A stretch of DNA of 62,739 bases, counting the filler, from Asterionella formosa (taxonomy: Eukaryota): the NCBI GenBank assembly GCA_002256025.1. It is 9 parts of 9 records of this genome, joined end to end, with 100 filler letters (N's around TTAATTAATTAA, not from the genome) between each part and the next. Parts side by side here need not be neighbours in the genome. Positions count along the whole stretch, not along the records: positions 1 to 25,556 come from NKIB01001942.1; 8 more parts are not named here. One strand, written 5' to 3'. Below, in pieces: positions 1 to 12,194 of the stretch. The first letter of the stretch is position 1. Every line of letters starts with the position of its first letter. Under the pieces are notes generated by a model. It was not told the origin of the DNA, searched no databases, and was given only the letters and a program-made list of their open reading frames with translations. A program made the position numbers and the translations under genes.

Positions 1-1956
1 GGGATATCCCCGTATTACAGTCCTTGTATGATTTTACATCAACGAAACCTGGACTATGCTCGACATTGCCAGTATACATTTGGCACTTATGTCCAAGCAC
101 ATGAAGAACCTGTGTTTTCAAACACTAATGCACCACGCAGCCTAGATTGCATTTATCTACGCTACAATGACAATGTGCAAGGAGGTCATCAATTATTACA
201 CCTACCTATTTTATGATAGTGCTTGGATTGCAGGAGTGGATTATGATAATGAAGCATTTGAAGATGCACAAGATGAAGATTATGAAGATCAACACGCTAA
301 TGACGATGAAAGCAATGATGAAATTCTCGGAGAAGACTATGATGAAATGACTCCGGATGAAATATATGTTGCAGAACAGCTCAAATTAAACAACAATATC
401 CAAGAGGATGACCCTGAACCTGAGGGCAACAATGAGAATAATATTGAAATCCAAGATGAGGAAGAAGAATTAGCAAATGAAACTGAAAAAATGAGGCAAT
501 GTTAGAAGTCAATCCAAGAACTGAGGATGTCACAGACCTAAATGTTAGAACTACAAGGTCTGGAAGAGTCTCAAGACCACCATCAAAACTAACCATGGTC
601 CAACATCATTTGCATACCCAAGCACACTGTCAAGAAGAATACACGACTGATAATGCGAAAGTGATCGCAAAGACAATGTGTTATATGAATGAGATGTCTA
701 TCGATAAAGAAGCATTTCACTTTGTTCAGTCATACAGCTTAAGGAAAGGCCTCAAGAAATTTGGCCAGAAAGGAAAAGATGCTGCCTATAAAGAAATGAA
801 ACAACTACATGATAGAGTTGTATTTGTACCAATTAGGATTGAAGACCTAACAGAGATCGAAAAGCGATGCGCAATGGAAAGTCTAATTTTTTTGGTTGAA
901 AAGAGAGACAAGAGCTAGTCCAACTACTATGACTGAATCTGTTATGATAACAGCAACAAGTGATGCAAGGCAAAATCGCGATGTTATGACTGCTGATATA
1001 CCCAATGCATTTGTGCAAGTGGATATCGATGAGAAAGAAAAAGGGGAGCGAATCATTATGCTTCTGACGAAATTGGTGAAGTCAAGGTCATGCGTGGAAA
1101 GAAGCATGATTATTTGGCGATGACACTAGATTACTCTCTTCCAGGAGTGTTGAGGGTGGACATGACCAAATATGTGAAATCAATGATTGATGATTTTCCA
1201 GTGAAACTTGAAGGTGTTGGAAAATTCCCATGGACAGATAAATTGTTCACAGTTGATACAAAATCAAAGAAGCTTGAATATGAAAAAGCAAAAATATTTC
1301 ATACTTTTGTTATGAAAGGAATGTTCCTATGCAAGCGAGGAAGACAGGACATTCAACCAGGAATTGCATTTCTGGCAACCCAAACTACCGAACCGAATGA
1401 AGGCGATTGGGCAAAATTAGTCAAGATCATGAATTTCTTGAAAGCAACTCAGAATGAGGTTGCATCTATGAGTGCTGATGACACTCAGAGCATTAAATGG
1501 TATGTTGATGCGGCGTTTGCGGTACACAAAGATTTTGAAAGTCACACAGGAGCTACATTGTCACTTGGAAACGGAATTATTTGTTCCATTTCTACAAAAC
1601 AGAAAGTGAACACTAGAAGTTCGACTGAAGCAGAATTGGTTGGTGTTGATGACATTATATCAAAGGTGTTGTGGACGAAATTTTTTATTGAATCACAAGG
1701 ACACAAGGTGACTACGAATGTCATTTGCCATGACAACACTAGCGCAATGAAGCTAGAAGCAAATGGAAAAGCAAGTTCAGGAAAACGCACACAACATTTC
1801 AACATCAAGTATTTTTACATTACTGATCTTATTGAAAGAAAGGAATTACAGATTAAGTACTGTCCAACGGATGCAATGTTAGCAGACTACATGACAAAAC
1901 CACTGGTTGGAGCGAAATTTATTCATTCTTGTCAGCAAATTATGAATTCAAAGTGA
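1..1956 (+). mobile_element. Degenerate Ty1/copia LTR retrotransposon pol (integrase C-terminus, RT remnants, RNase H)
   Basis: Fragmented ORFs carry copia-type motifs: FGTYVQAHE and CIYL (post-integrase region), RTTRSGRVSRPP, ADIPNAFVQ (RT), and an intact RNase H with WYVDAAFA, STKQKVNTRSSTEAELVG, HFNIKYFYI and ADYMTKPL. Stops, frameshifts and internal deletions are present, and no 3' LTR is recognisable. Confidence 0.92.
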
Positions 1957-3488
1957 GAAGGTCACCCTAGAAGTACCAACCCAGCTATGCAAGGACAACC
2001 AAGAAGGGTAGAGTCAATTCACAACATTGCTATTGTTGGGCCATTCGCTTGGTCACTACTGCCTACAGATACTGTGTAAATGTCATATCTGCTTGCCTTT
2101 GCCCATAATATTGCCTTTAAGTAAAAATTACTTAACAAGTTACTTAAAGGGCTCTTTATTACTTAAAAAGAAATTCGAATTGCAAGACGATAGTACCGGT
2201 GGTACCAGGTTCCCTGGTAGCTCGAGGAGCGGGAATTACTGCAAAGCAAAAACTGTCGACGATGAATCGAACAAACCATGCATTAGCATGGTAAGTACAG
2301 TATAGTATGTAGGTATAAAAGATCAGACAAAGTAACCGTGAAATAGGACGTGATTAAGCGGAACCCGAACCCAGCCATCTCCTTCCAAATCGTAGAAGGA
2401 TAGGACATAAGCATAAATATCTTTCTGTTTTTTGTCAATAATACTACAATTCCAACCGGTAGTAAGAAAGCTCACGACAAGGGAAAATACAGTACGACTT
2501 CTTGACAAATTGCGTTCGATCGTCATGCCATCAGGGCTTTTGCGCCTCGACCTGCAGCGAACAAGACGCATTCTTTCAGTGCGCTGCTGAAGAACACAGC
2601 GACGACAGATGACGACTCCAGACAAAGCTGCAGCTCTACTCCCAGTGATGCAAGCTGCACCTGGATCAGAAGATAATATCTATTCTATATAGTGCATCAT
2701 TTCGACGTATCGGGGACCTAGGCTACCTGGGAAGTGGAAGGTAGCATGTACTTGTTCTGCACAATCACGCGTTTGTTCGTACAAACCCACCAATTACAAT
2801 ACTCGTTTCAGTCGCTCACCCACATTCAGTACATAGGATACTTCAGGGCACTTGATACCTGGTCCAGGTAGCTAACAGGAGTACCAGCAGGCCAAGCATG
2901 CCATAGTAAGAGAAAATTTTGAGCTTAACTTGCTTCTCATTTCGCAACTTGTGACCCGACATTCCTCCATTTCATAAATATCAGGTACTCTATGCAGACA
3001 TAGATAATAGATCAATTTTATTATTGGCTTCAATGATGACAATCCCCGTCGCAATAACCTTTGCCAGCGTACATCATACCACCTGCACAGGTCCCTTTTT
3101 AGTTATATATTTATTTAATATTAATCGTATTGCCCATATAAATCTACATAGCTTGAAGGAGGTGTCCATTCTACAAATTACGGTACCAGGTACCACCTTG
3201 TACCTCGTATCGGTAGAAATTGGAATTAAAGCAAATATTTTTATGTACACCAGAAATTTCAAGGAATGTGCGAATAATTATACCGGTATGTACTCTTGAT
3301 CCTACCCGATACCAGGTACTTCATATGTGCATATGCTTGAGAGTGTACGATACAAAGAACACCATCTTGCAGAAACGATACGACGAGAAGTCACACCACA
3401 ATAACCACAATCATCATATCAACTGACAATGTTTTGAAAATCATCGGCTCAACAACGCAACAAGAAACAAAAATACCATTTATTCATC

Positions 3489-4398
3489 ATGGAGAAGCGA
3501 AACGACCGCGATGACGAGGGAGAAAGTAGTGACGAGCTTGCGGAGACTGTTGATTCAATCACTAACGCGGGCAAGTGTAAGGACGAAAAACGAAAACACA
3601 ATAAATTGACTGAAAGCGAGAAACGCGAAGAGAGGTAAGTACTCTTTGAAGTTCTATTGAAGTTATTGCTTTGCCATGAAATGGTCATGAAGAGGGCAGG
3701 AAATGGATCTCCTGAATTCTTGGAATATTTCGAGGAACACTAAAATCTCTGTTTCAACAGGCTCCTAGTATTGACTAACAATCGGCTTTCTCTTGACATG
3801 AACCAGACGAGCCGCGAACCGAAGGTCTGCATTGGAGTCCAGGCAACGGCGTAAGGTGCTGATTGAAGATTTACAAAAACAAGTTGCGGTGTTAACCAAG
3901 GAAACAACTGAATTGCGTGCTGTTAATGACACTCTGCGTGTACAGCTTAACAGTTCCCTCTCAGAGAATCATCAGCTACACCTCATTATATCTCAGCACC
4001 AAGTGAATGGCGGGAGTGTATTACAGGGTGCCATGACTGGTGGGCAGTCTACAGCTATGATGCTAGGAGGAGCAGCGCGTACTGGTGGCCTGGGAAACTT
4101 CTCTGGTCCAAATGGGCCCACAACTGGCATGTTTGGTGGTTTGGGTGGGCGCCATTCCTCCTTGCTCGCGCCTGGAGCATTCGGACATTTCGCCAATTCT
4201 GACATAAATGGAGGGCAAGGGTCCAAAAGAACCCCCTTTGGGTCCCATTCGCATGGGCAAGGGGGCGATGTTGCACGACAGGTAGGGGCTGGCCATCTCG
4301 GAGGCGTCCCTGACTTGAACGGTAGCAGTGACAACGACGCTATTGTAGAGCGCGTGAGGCTCATCAACGAATTGTCGAAGAAATATCAGCAGATATAG
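3489..4398 (+). CDS. bZIP transcription factor (2 exons: 3489-3634, 3807-4398)
   Basis: Splicing the GT-AG intron 3635-3806 rebuilds the basic region KREERRAANRRSALESRQRRK. A leucine zipper (L..QVAVL..ETTEL..VNDTL) and a Gly-rich C-terminus follow. Confidence 0.9.
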
Positions 4399-5957
4399 AA
4401 TATTGCATATCACTTGCTACTTTAGGGTTTGATTGCAAAACATAGCAAATTCATTTCTGACACGAATTCAAAAGTATTTGATAGGGTATAACAACTTGAG
4501 CTGTTCTTGGACAGGTAGTTTTCTTTGGATTGGAAGACGACAAAATGTTCAACACTTTTCTGTTAAACTGCAAACTTTCAATCTTAAATGCTTCGTAAAC
4601 CGTAACATTATCAACCCGAGGGTAACAGACTTCATTTTTCAGTATCCAAATTTATTTATCCACCTCACACAAAGTTTAAACTGGAAGCAATATTAGCGAA
4701 GATTGAATTTCCTGCTGTGCACTTGATTATTGGTGAAATCCAACCCAAAAGAATGTAACTGACTTACACTCGTTAAACGTTGCGCTTGTTATGACAGGAT
4801 CAAAACATGTAGTAGGTAATTTATACCAGGATTTTCTTTCCTAAAATAATACTCCAACACACTCCTGCTGGACACTGAACTGGGAGGGGCAGTTATATGG
4901 TCAACCCAACTCATGCCACCCTTCTTTTTACAAATGTATACTTGCAGGTCTGAGATCACCTTGGGAGTGGATTGCCTTGACCATAATGAACAAGTTGGTA
5001 CTCCTCGATGCGAAAACAATTGTGGTCATTCTTAAAATTTCACTGGGTCCATATGTCTCCTATGATTTTCTCCAGTTCAGTGCACCATCAAATAAGCTAC
5101 AGACTTATTATACATGAAATATACATAGCAAAATTAAAATTGGCAATTACATTTTAAAAAACCATTTCATTCTTTAAGATCATTTCTTTTTGCCATCTCA
5201 AGCAGAATTCAGATGCATGAGGACCCATTTTTCGAACCATCTATTCTTAACATACATACGATGAAGGATATAACAGTAAAACTTGGGCAACTTTCCTTTG
5301 AGTATGGATTGCACAACTACAAAAGTGGTGATGAGTATGGAAAGGAAGAATACAATGGAATGCTCGTTTTGTTGGTCGTAACCATAAAAAATTTGGAAGT
5401 ATGGTCAGTGTAAACTGCAGAACATATTTGGAAAGACTGCTTGTTTTCTATTCATGTTTTAATAATCATGGTGATACATTGTATTGGTTTCCCGCAAATA
5501 CTTGAGCTACCAGCAGTTGCTGTTAAAAGCAGCATTGGACAATGCATATATGTATAACCTATAAATCAATAAATGTTGAATTGTTTCAGTTTCAATTAAT
5601 TCATTTACAAGGAATTATTCGAATTAGCTATTTACAGTTTATGCTCATGATGTCTATAAAACTTATAAAAAATGCATTTTTGCAAGCAAGCCAATCCTCA
5701 CACAGAAAAATGATTCGTTTCTACATAATCCATCCACAAAATAAGTTGCTTGATTTTTGAGCCTCATCACAATTTTTTCGCCCAGAGGGAAAGAGGGAGT
5801 AGTTGACAGGATATGCATCAGCCCTTGAAAATCAAACTAATTTCCCTTGAAGACTGACCAACCAAAAAATCTGGAAGTACTGGTATATACCAGAAGAGTT
5901 ATGTTTAGCAGTGCACTATCATACCACTATACTATATTTTGATTTCCATTAGGTAAA

Positions 5958-6069
5958 GGAAATCGATATTTCGTCCCCATAACCCTAACCCTAGACTCTT
6001 CAAAGATAGCATCTGAAGATAAGGGCTAAGAATAGGGGTTAGCGTTGGGGGAAGAAATATTAATTTTCC
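5958..6069. mobile_element. 112-bp MITE-like element with imperfect ~36-bp TIRs and a 9-bp target-site duplication
   Basis: Left arm GGAAATCGATATTTCGTCCCCATAACCCTAACCCTA matches the reverse complement of the right arm, GGAAAATTAATATTTCTTCCCCCAACGCTAACCCCTA. Flanks are TTAGGTAAA (5949-5957) and ATAGGTAAA (6070-6078). Confidence 0.6.
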
Positions 6070-6287
6070 ATAGGTAAATAGTCTACGCAATTCTACTCTG
6101 TGCAACTAGTATGCAATAACTCACTCAAAAGTTGGTTCGAGGACTCAGAAGTTGAGGAACAAAACATGGCTCAGATCTCCCTCCTTAGAAAGATACGCAT
6201 GGGAGGAAATCGACCAGTCCTAATGACTACGCTCGGAGCAAGCGAAAAATCAGTCCTAGCATAATAGGGAATCTTTAAAAGGTGTAC

Positions 6288-7295
6288 CTACTTTCTCACG
6301 ATGGCATAGAGACTTTTCCGAGCTCCACCATTAGTGACCCCATGCACTTGTTCGCCCGTTCTTGGTTCAAGCAAGTATGGGGAAGAGAATTCTGCTAAGA
6401 ACTCGTCAAAAAGGAGACGAGTAGGTCGAATTGGGTGACATTTGTCATTTTCTCTCAACTGCCAGGCAGTGGCAAAAGTCTCTCCAAAGACGAGTATTCC
6501 ATTGCTTTTGAGAGCGTGGTAGATATTATTTAGGACAGCAACTGCATTTTGGCAGTGTTCCAGTGTATTGACAAGTATGGCAGCATCATAATACAACCGA
6601 GGCAATCGGGTCTCGCCACTTGTTGCCAATAATGTTGTAGGTATGCATGATCCGTTGTGACTACAAAGCTTGCCCGTTGGATATGAAGTTGTAATATTTT
6701 GACTTCCCATGTACACATTGAGGAGTGGGTCTACAAGTGTAATAGACTTGACTTGTCTTCGTTTATTTGATTCCTCAAGGATCAAGCGAATCTTTGTGTA
6801 TGGCCCAGCTCCTACCTCGACGACATGGCCCAAGTCTATTGGCAACGATTGAAATGATTCAAACGCCAATAATTGATCATAATTTCTCGTCGGCTTTGCG
6901 TGGGCTTTCCAAAAGTTGGTTTCACACTCTTGTGATTCCCGTTGACGTTCTGGCGAAGCCACCTTGAGTCGACCGTATCGCTCTGTGTTCATGCAGACGT
7001 CATCGTTGCTATTGAAGACGCACCGGACATCGCGAGGCTTTGCGAAAATCGTGCAGTCGTTCCCTTCGTATCCAGAGTCACAAATGCATCGATTTATCAG
7101 GCACGAGCCGTGAATGCCACATAAAGGACAGCTGGACAAAACGTCTAAAAGAAATTCGTCCAGGACGGATACGTGTGGAGGGTGTTCCAATAGTACACCA
7201 AGTTGTCGACATGATATGAGAAATGTTGCCAACGTGATCAACAGAACCTTGGGTGATGTTCGGATGGAGAGTGGTGAACAGCGTTGTTCTCTCAT
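6288..7295 (-). CDS. Membrane-anchored EGF-like domain + class I SAM-dependent methyltransferase
   Basis: N-terminal hydrophobic anchor, EGF-like CGIHGSCLINRCICDSGYEGNDC, motif I VVEVGAGP, post-II motif YDAAILVNTLEH and ALKSNGILVF. First ATG is at 7295; the ORF track starts at a TTG at 7364. Confidence 0.8.
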   Translation of the reverse strand: MREQRCSPLSIRTSPKVLLITLATFLISCRQLGVLLEHPPHVSVLDEFLLDVLSSCPLCGIHGSCLINRCICDSGYEGNDCTIFAKPRDVRCVFNSNDDVCMNTERYGRLKVASPERQRESQECETNFWKAHAKPTRNYDQLLAFESFQSLPIDLGHVVEVGAGPYTKIRLILEESNKRRQVKSITLVDPLLNVYMGSQNITTSYPTGKLCSHNGSCIPTTLLATSGETRLPRLYYDAAILVNTLEHCQNAVAVLNNIYHALKSNGILVFGETFATAWQLRENDKCHPIRPTRLLFDEFLAEFSSPYLLEPRTGEQVHGVTNGGARKSLYAIVRK

Positions 7296-8036
7296 TGCTG
7301 TCAGGACCTCATTGTAGCACAACGGAAGAATGAAGAATGAGAAAATACAAAGACCTGCTATCAATATGTTCTGTTGATTGGCAGTGATGGATTTTGATGC
7401 GTACTTACTACCAAGGGTACCTGGTATAGTAATTCATTGCTGCGCCTGGTCGTCGAATCAACATCGTTTGTTATGTGCATCCAGCACAGCTACATATAGA
7501 TACCATAGAAAATCGATTTATAGTCCATACTACCACGGTACCAAATAGAAAATCATTCCGTGCTTGCTTGTATGAAACAACAATATTCATTTGAGCTATC
7601 TTATGTACCTACCGGTACATCATAATCCAAAAAGGCAAAACAAAAATTATGGCGCGCCTGTTGTATATATTTAAATATCACATTATATATGAATACGTAT
7701 CATACAATTTTTCACATCGCGGTTATTAAGTATCATACCTGGTACACTACTTCGGAGTACCGGTAAATATAACATGGATATTTGTTATGGATAGTGGTGT
7801 GCAGTATGTAGAAATTATACTTACATATGTACGTCGTCTGTTTGTTTGTCCTGAAGAAAGAAAAAACTAGGACATGATTTTATGTCCCGGTACCAGGTAC
7901 CAGTGCCGGTATATACTGCTACAATTAAATATTGTGCAACATGAAGTGATGCAAATCGAACTTACCCAGCGGCTGTAGATTCATCTGCTTTATAACTACA
8001 TTTTCTGCAGCAGTGTCACTCTCAGAACTACTTGAA

Positions 8037-11000
8037 ATGTCTCGTAAAAGCGGCGACAGCGCCGTGGAGAAACTAGCCATGTTGCGAGCCTTTGTTCCTG
8101 CTGAGGTCGACGAGTCAACCATGTCGGCATGTTTGAGCGCATGCGGATACAATGTCGAGCGGGCGGCTGAGCAACTCATGATGGGACAATTCACTCCCTC
8201 ATATTGTGCCAGTTCTTCCAAGAAGAAATCCTTGTTGTTCACCATGAATGCTACGCAGACGAGTGTATCAACGCCAGGCTCCAAGCGGGGAAAAAGGCAA
8301 AAACTGACCGTTGACAGTCGCAAGACTCCCCCTCCTTCGGCTGCTCGTATGAACCAATCTCCTCAATACGATCAAAAACCAATGGCTGCGCGGTATTTGC
8401 TCTGTCAACGCTGGATTAGCAATGGAGTATCCAGATCTAAGAATGGATGCGTCAGCTACCAAGAATCACTGTTCCTTATCTTCGGAGGTCCCATCATCCG
8501 GTTCAAAGGACTCAACGTAGAGGGATCCCTGCCGACAAATCTCTGTGCTATTTTTTCTCGGTTGCAAGATTTTCTAAAAATTGAAGCCACGGCTTTGATG
8601 GAAGACAGGAACATTGGTATAGGCACAGACGTTCCGCTGTCGCTTCGGATATACATTGAAGATCCGAAATCTTTCTTTGCTCTCTTTCAAGATCAGACTG
8701 GCCCGACTTCGGCAACTGCTGCCTTCTTTGGAAAGCAGAAGAAAAATTCTTCTTCGCGAAAACTAGATATCATGACATTGACAGAAGCTGCCTTCGCCTT
8801 GTTGCAATGGGCAGAATATGGGGATGTTCCAGAATTTAAGGTACCTGGAAACCAAGAAGAGTCATCAGATGACGACGAAGGACTATCTGTGGAAGCAGAA
8901 TTTCAAGCCAATACCAATGAGGAGCAAACATCCATTGCCATAAATATTTTGAGTCGTGACATTGGCAAGGACTTGCCTGAAGCCCCCGACCCAAAAGGTT
9001 TGCAGGGAGTGACACTCAGACCTTATCAACGCCAGGCATTACAGTGGATGATGATGAGAGAAAAGGAGCCGTGCTCTAGAAAAAATATTGAGAAAGAACT
9101 CGAACTCTTGTCAGAACTTACTAAATGCAACAAGAAGCAACAAATCTACGATGTGGAAACTGAAGTTTCGTGTAGCGACTCTGGGCCCATTCGTGTCAGC
9201 GAGGTGGGTGCACAAAAGTGCAAAACCTTGGACGGGCAATTAAACCCAGTGAATCATCCATTGTGGGATCGACGGTATTTGGCATTAGACGCCGCGGAAG
9301 CTGTGTGCTTTTTTGTAAATGAATTGATGGGGGTCGCATCTGCAATTGCTCCAAGCCCTCCTCGACAGTGTATCGGGGGAATGTTATGCGACGAGATGGG
9401 TATGGGAAAGACGGTCCAGATTGCAGCATTGATTCTAGCCAGAAAAGAAGAGGAAAAAGACAATGAAGTTTGTATTGTTCAAGCTGATACACCTATGATG
9501 GCCTACAAGTCAACATTGGTTGTTGCACCGATGTCCTTGCTCTATCAGTGGGAGGAAGAAATAAAATCGAAGACGACCTTGACACACCGCGTGTTCTACA
9601 AGGAAACAGCTAGTGGTAACTCGGGGATCATGGATTTTGCTGGCGTTGATGTGGTGATCACAACCTATGGAACCATTCAAGCAGAATTTCACGCAGTTGC
9701 AAACAAGAATGCAGCCAATACCGGAATTTTATCTCATCACTGGCACCGTGTTGTACTAGACGAAGCACATAACATCAAGAATCCAACAACCGTCGTGGCC
9801 AGGGCCTGCTACTTTCTAAAGGCAGAATGCCGCTGGGTGGTTACGGGGACGCCAATTACGAACTCGCTGCAAGACATTTTTTCCCTGCTCAAGTTCTTGC
9901 GACACGAACCATGGTGTGAGAGTGGATTTTGGCGAACCTCGATTACAAGCGCCATGACTGAGTTGGAAAATGGACTGCTAGAGGAACCTAGAATCACAGG
10001 TGGTTTGAGTGTGGTGCTGGACCGAGTGCGCCGATTATTGGATCCGCTCCTTTTGAGACGAACAAAGGATTCCCAGAATGCTGATGGAACGTCCATCTTG
10101 ACGTTACCTCCGGTAGAGACTATCACTATTTCTGTGAAGCTTTCACCTGCGGAACGTGAGTTCTATTCTTCACTAAAGGAAAAGTCGCAAAACATCTTTG
10201 AAGGTCTCATAAATTCTGGGGCCGCAAGTAAGTCTTGGTTTGCTATTTTTGGCCTATTGCAACGACTTCGTCAAGCTTCATGTCATATCGCGTTGACTGC
10301 CAAGAATTTTGTAAATACGGAGGACTGGAATTCAGATGCTGGCGATGCACAGCAAGAAACGAAGACGACCGAAAGCTCACCAAAGAAGGCTACACTTGGC
10401 AACAATTTGGTGAACAACGAGTTTATGGAAAGTCTCTTGACGAAGTTTCGCACCAAGTCATCTGGGAAGGAGAATGGTACCGACACTTATGCCACCAAAG
10501 TTGCTGAAAAACTTGGCAAGGCGATAAATTCAAGTGCAGAGGATTCGTTTGAGGAATGTCCTATTTGCTTGGAAATACCGAAAGTCCATGATGCTGTTTG
10601 CACTCCTTGTGCACACATCTTCTGCCGTGGATGTCTAGTGAACTATTTGAAAAACAATTCTCCTCCAAAGAAAGCCATGTTCCAGACATGTCCCGATGGA
10701 AAGTGCCCCAGTTGCAACGAACCAATTGAAGCAAGGAAGATTATTGCACTCTACAGAAACGCGGATGGGAAATCAGACTCTCGCTACCTCTTGGAAGATA
10801 TCTCCTCAGCGAGTTCCAATCGTCAAGCTAAAGCACAAGGGGAGATGCCTAACAGGGCAACCACAGCAGTGGCCCGACAAACATTGGAAAACGCACTTCG
10901 TGGAGCTGGTAGTGCGAAGCTGTCTGCTATTCTGAAGGAGCTAATGACAATCTGGGATAGCGATCCTGGATCTAAAGTGCTGATCTTTTCTCGATTCCTT

Positions 11001-11468
11001 GGGTTTCTAGATTTGATTGGAACAGCTTTGACGAAAGAAGGTATCCCGCATACGCGTTTGGATGGCAGTTTCTCGGCAAGGGAACGAGTCCAAGCGATCG
11101 AAAAGTTCAAACAAGGTACTAGCTGTGGTTCTAAAATCGGATCTGTCCTGTTGCTGACTATGAAGACTGGAGGCGTTGGCTTAAATCTTGTTGTTGCTTC
11201 CACTGTCTTTATTGCAGACCCTTGGTGGAATCAGGCAGTTGAAGACCAATGTATCGATCGAGTCCACCGCATCGGCCAAAGCGCAGAAGTCGTGCGAGTC
11301 CGAAAGTTTATTGTTGAGAATTCTGTCGAAGAACGAATCGTGGAGCTTCAAGGGAAAAAGAAAGGTATGGCTAAGCGGGTCTTGGACGGTGGTGGTGTCG
11401 ACGTCAATGGTGTTGACGGTCGTGACAACCCATCCATGGACGATTTCAAGCTATTGTTTGGAAGTTAA
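8037..11468 (+). CDS. RAD5: RAD5/HLTF-like SNF2 helicase with RING finger (DNA damage tolerance)
   Basis: Intronless ORF of ~1140 aa. It has an N-terminal UBA/CUE-like helical segment, a HIRAN-like region, DEMGMGKT, LDEAH, TGTPITN, a C3HC4 RING (CPIC..CAHIFCRGC..CPSC) inserted in the helicase, GGVGLNL and QCIDRVHRIGQ. Confidence 0.9.
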   Translation: MSRKSGDSAVEKLAMLRAFVPAEVDESTMSACLSACGYNVERAAEQLMMGQFTPSYCASSSKKKSLLFTMNATQTSVSTPGSKRGKRQKLTVDSRKTPPPSAARMNQSPQYDQKPMAARYLLCQRWISNGVSRSKNGCVSYQESLFLIFGGPIIRFKGLNVEGSLPTNLCAIFSRLQDFLKIEATALMEDRNIGIGTDVPLSLRIYIEDPKSFFALFQDQTGPTSATAAFFGKQKKNSSSRKLDIMTLTEAAFALLQWAEYGDVPEFKVPGNQEESSDDDEGLSVEAEFQANTNEEQTSIAINILSRDIGKDLPEAPDPKGLQGVTLRPYQRQALQWMMMREKEPCSRKNIEKELELLSELTKCNKKQQIYDVETEVSCSDSGPIRVSEVGAQKCKTLDGQLNPVNHPLWDRRYLALDAAEAVCFFVNELMGVASAIAPSPPRQCIGGMLCDEMGMGKTVQIAALILARKEEEKDNEVCIVQADTPMMAYKSTLVVAPMSLLYQWEEEIKSKTTLTHRVFYKETASGNSGIMDFAGVDVVITTYGTIQAEFHAVANKNAANTGILSHHWHRVVLDEAHNIKNPTTVVARACYFLKAECRWVVTGTPITNSLQDIFSLLKFLRHEPWCESGFWRTSITSAMTELENGLLEEPRITGGLSVVLDRVRRLLDPLLLRRTKDSQNADGTSILTLPPVETITISVKLSPAEREFYSSLKEKSQNIFEGLINSGAASKSWFAIFGLLQRLRQASCHIALTAKNFVNTEDWNSDAGDAQQETKTTESSPKKATLGNNLVNNEFMESLLTKFRTKSSGKENGTDTYATKVAEKLGKAINSSAEDSFEECPICLEIPKVHDAVCTPCAHIFCRGCLVNYLKNNSPPKKAMFQTCPDGKCPSCNEPIEARKIIALYRNADGKSDSRYLLEDISSASSNRQAKAQGEMPNRATTAVARQTLENALRGAGSAKLSAILKELMTIWDSDPGSKVLIFSRFLGFLDLIGTALTKEGIPHTRLDGSFSARERVQAIEKFKQGTSCGSKIGSVLLLTMKTGGVGLNLVVASTVFIADPWWNQAVEDQCIDRVHRIGQSAEVVRVRKFIVENSVEERIVELQGKKKGMAKRVLDGGGVDVNGVDGRDNPSMDDFKLLFGS

Positions 11469-11606
11469 AATTATGATTAAAATTAAGAAACGCTTGGTGC
11501 TGGGAAGGCCGTGTGATTTTCTTGACAGAACGATCTGCGTGTTGGGAATTCCAACAATGCTAAAAATGTTGGTACGTTCCCTTTTCAACATTAATAACAA
11601 TAAATT

Positions 11607-12194
11607 TTATGAATGATTATAAGAAACAAAAGAGCACAGGTCAGCAGTTCTTTCCAAGTCCTTGCCTTTCTGCTCCACCAATTCGATTCGAGACTGCAGT
11701 GCAGCATCTGCTTCACTATTCAGTTCCTCCAAGTCCTTTATCTCCTGTACGAGTTGAGAAAGTTCGTTTTCCAAACTTTCCTTCTCGTCCCTCTTAATAA
11801 GGAAAGCCCGGTGATCGATAATCATTTCTGCTGTAAGGCCAGGAGGCAACTTGGTTTGCTGAAGTGCATGTAAGGCGGTCGTTCTGTCCGTATATTCTTT
11901 TTCCTGCAACGCATTTTCTTCCTTTTGAAACATGTCCAACAAGACATCGACATTCACGAGTTTCGCTTCAATGTCGCGCTGTTGTAGTTTCACATTCATG
12001 TCATCCTTTACTTTTAAATGGACTTTGTCGAGCATGCCGTCTACGACTTGCTCAAGGACAGCATTACCACCAAAGATAGAAGAATCGTCACCGTAGCATT
12101 CTTGGATTGCTTGCGATATTGAGAAACGACTGCGAGCTTCCATCAAGGCTTTGTCCATAGCCAAATGCAATAGAGCAATGCGAGACAATGGCAT
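11607..12194 (-). CDS. Coiled-coil protein resembling kinetochore MIS12-complex subunit Nnf1/PMF1
   Basis: 195 aa. N-terminal R..LL..A..KAL....F......ECY pattern, KL..VD.LL segment and C-terminal coiled coil match the size and layout of Nnf1/PMF1. Recognised by eye only. Confidence 0.55.
   Translation of the reverse strand: MPLSRIALLHLAMDKALMEARSRFSISQAIQECYGDDSSIFGGNAVLEQVVDGMLDKVHLKVKDDMNVKLQQRDIEAKLVNVDVLLDMFQKEENALQEKEYTDRTTALHALQQTKLPPGLTAEMIIDHRAFLIKRDEKESLENELSQLVQEIKDLEELNSEADAALQSRIELVEQKGKDLERTADLCSFVSYNHS

Noticed and set aside
2323..2740. GC-richer stretch with open frames downstream of the copia element (possible LTR or gene)
   Set aside because: No TG...CA boundaries, PPT, second LTR copy or recognisable protein.
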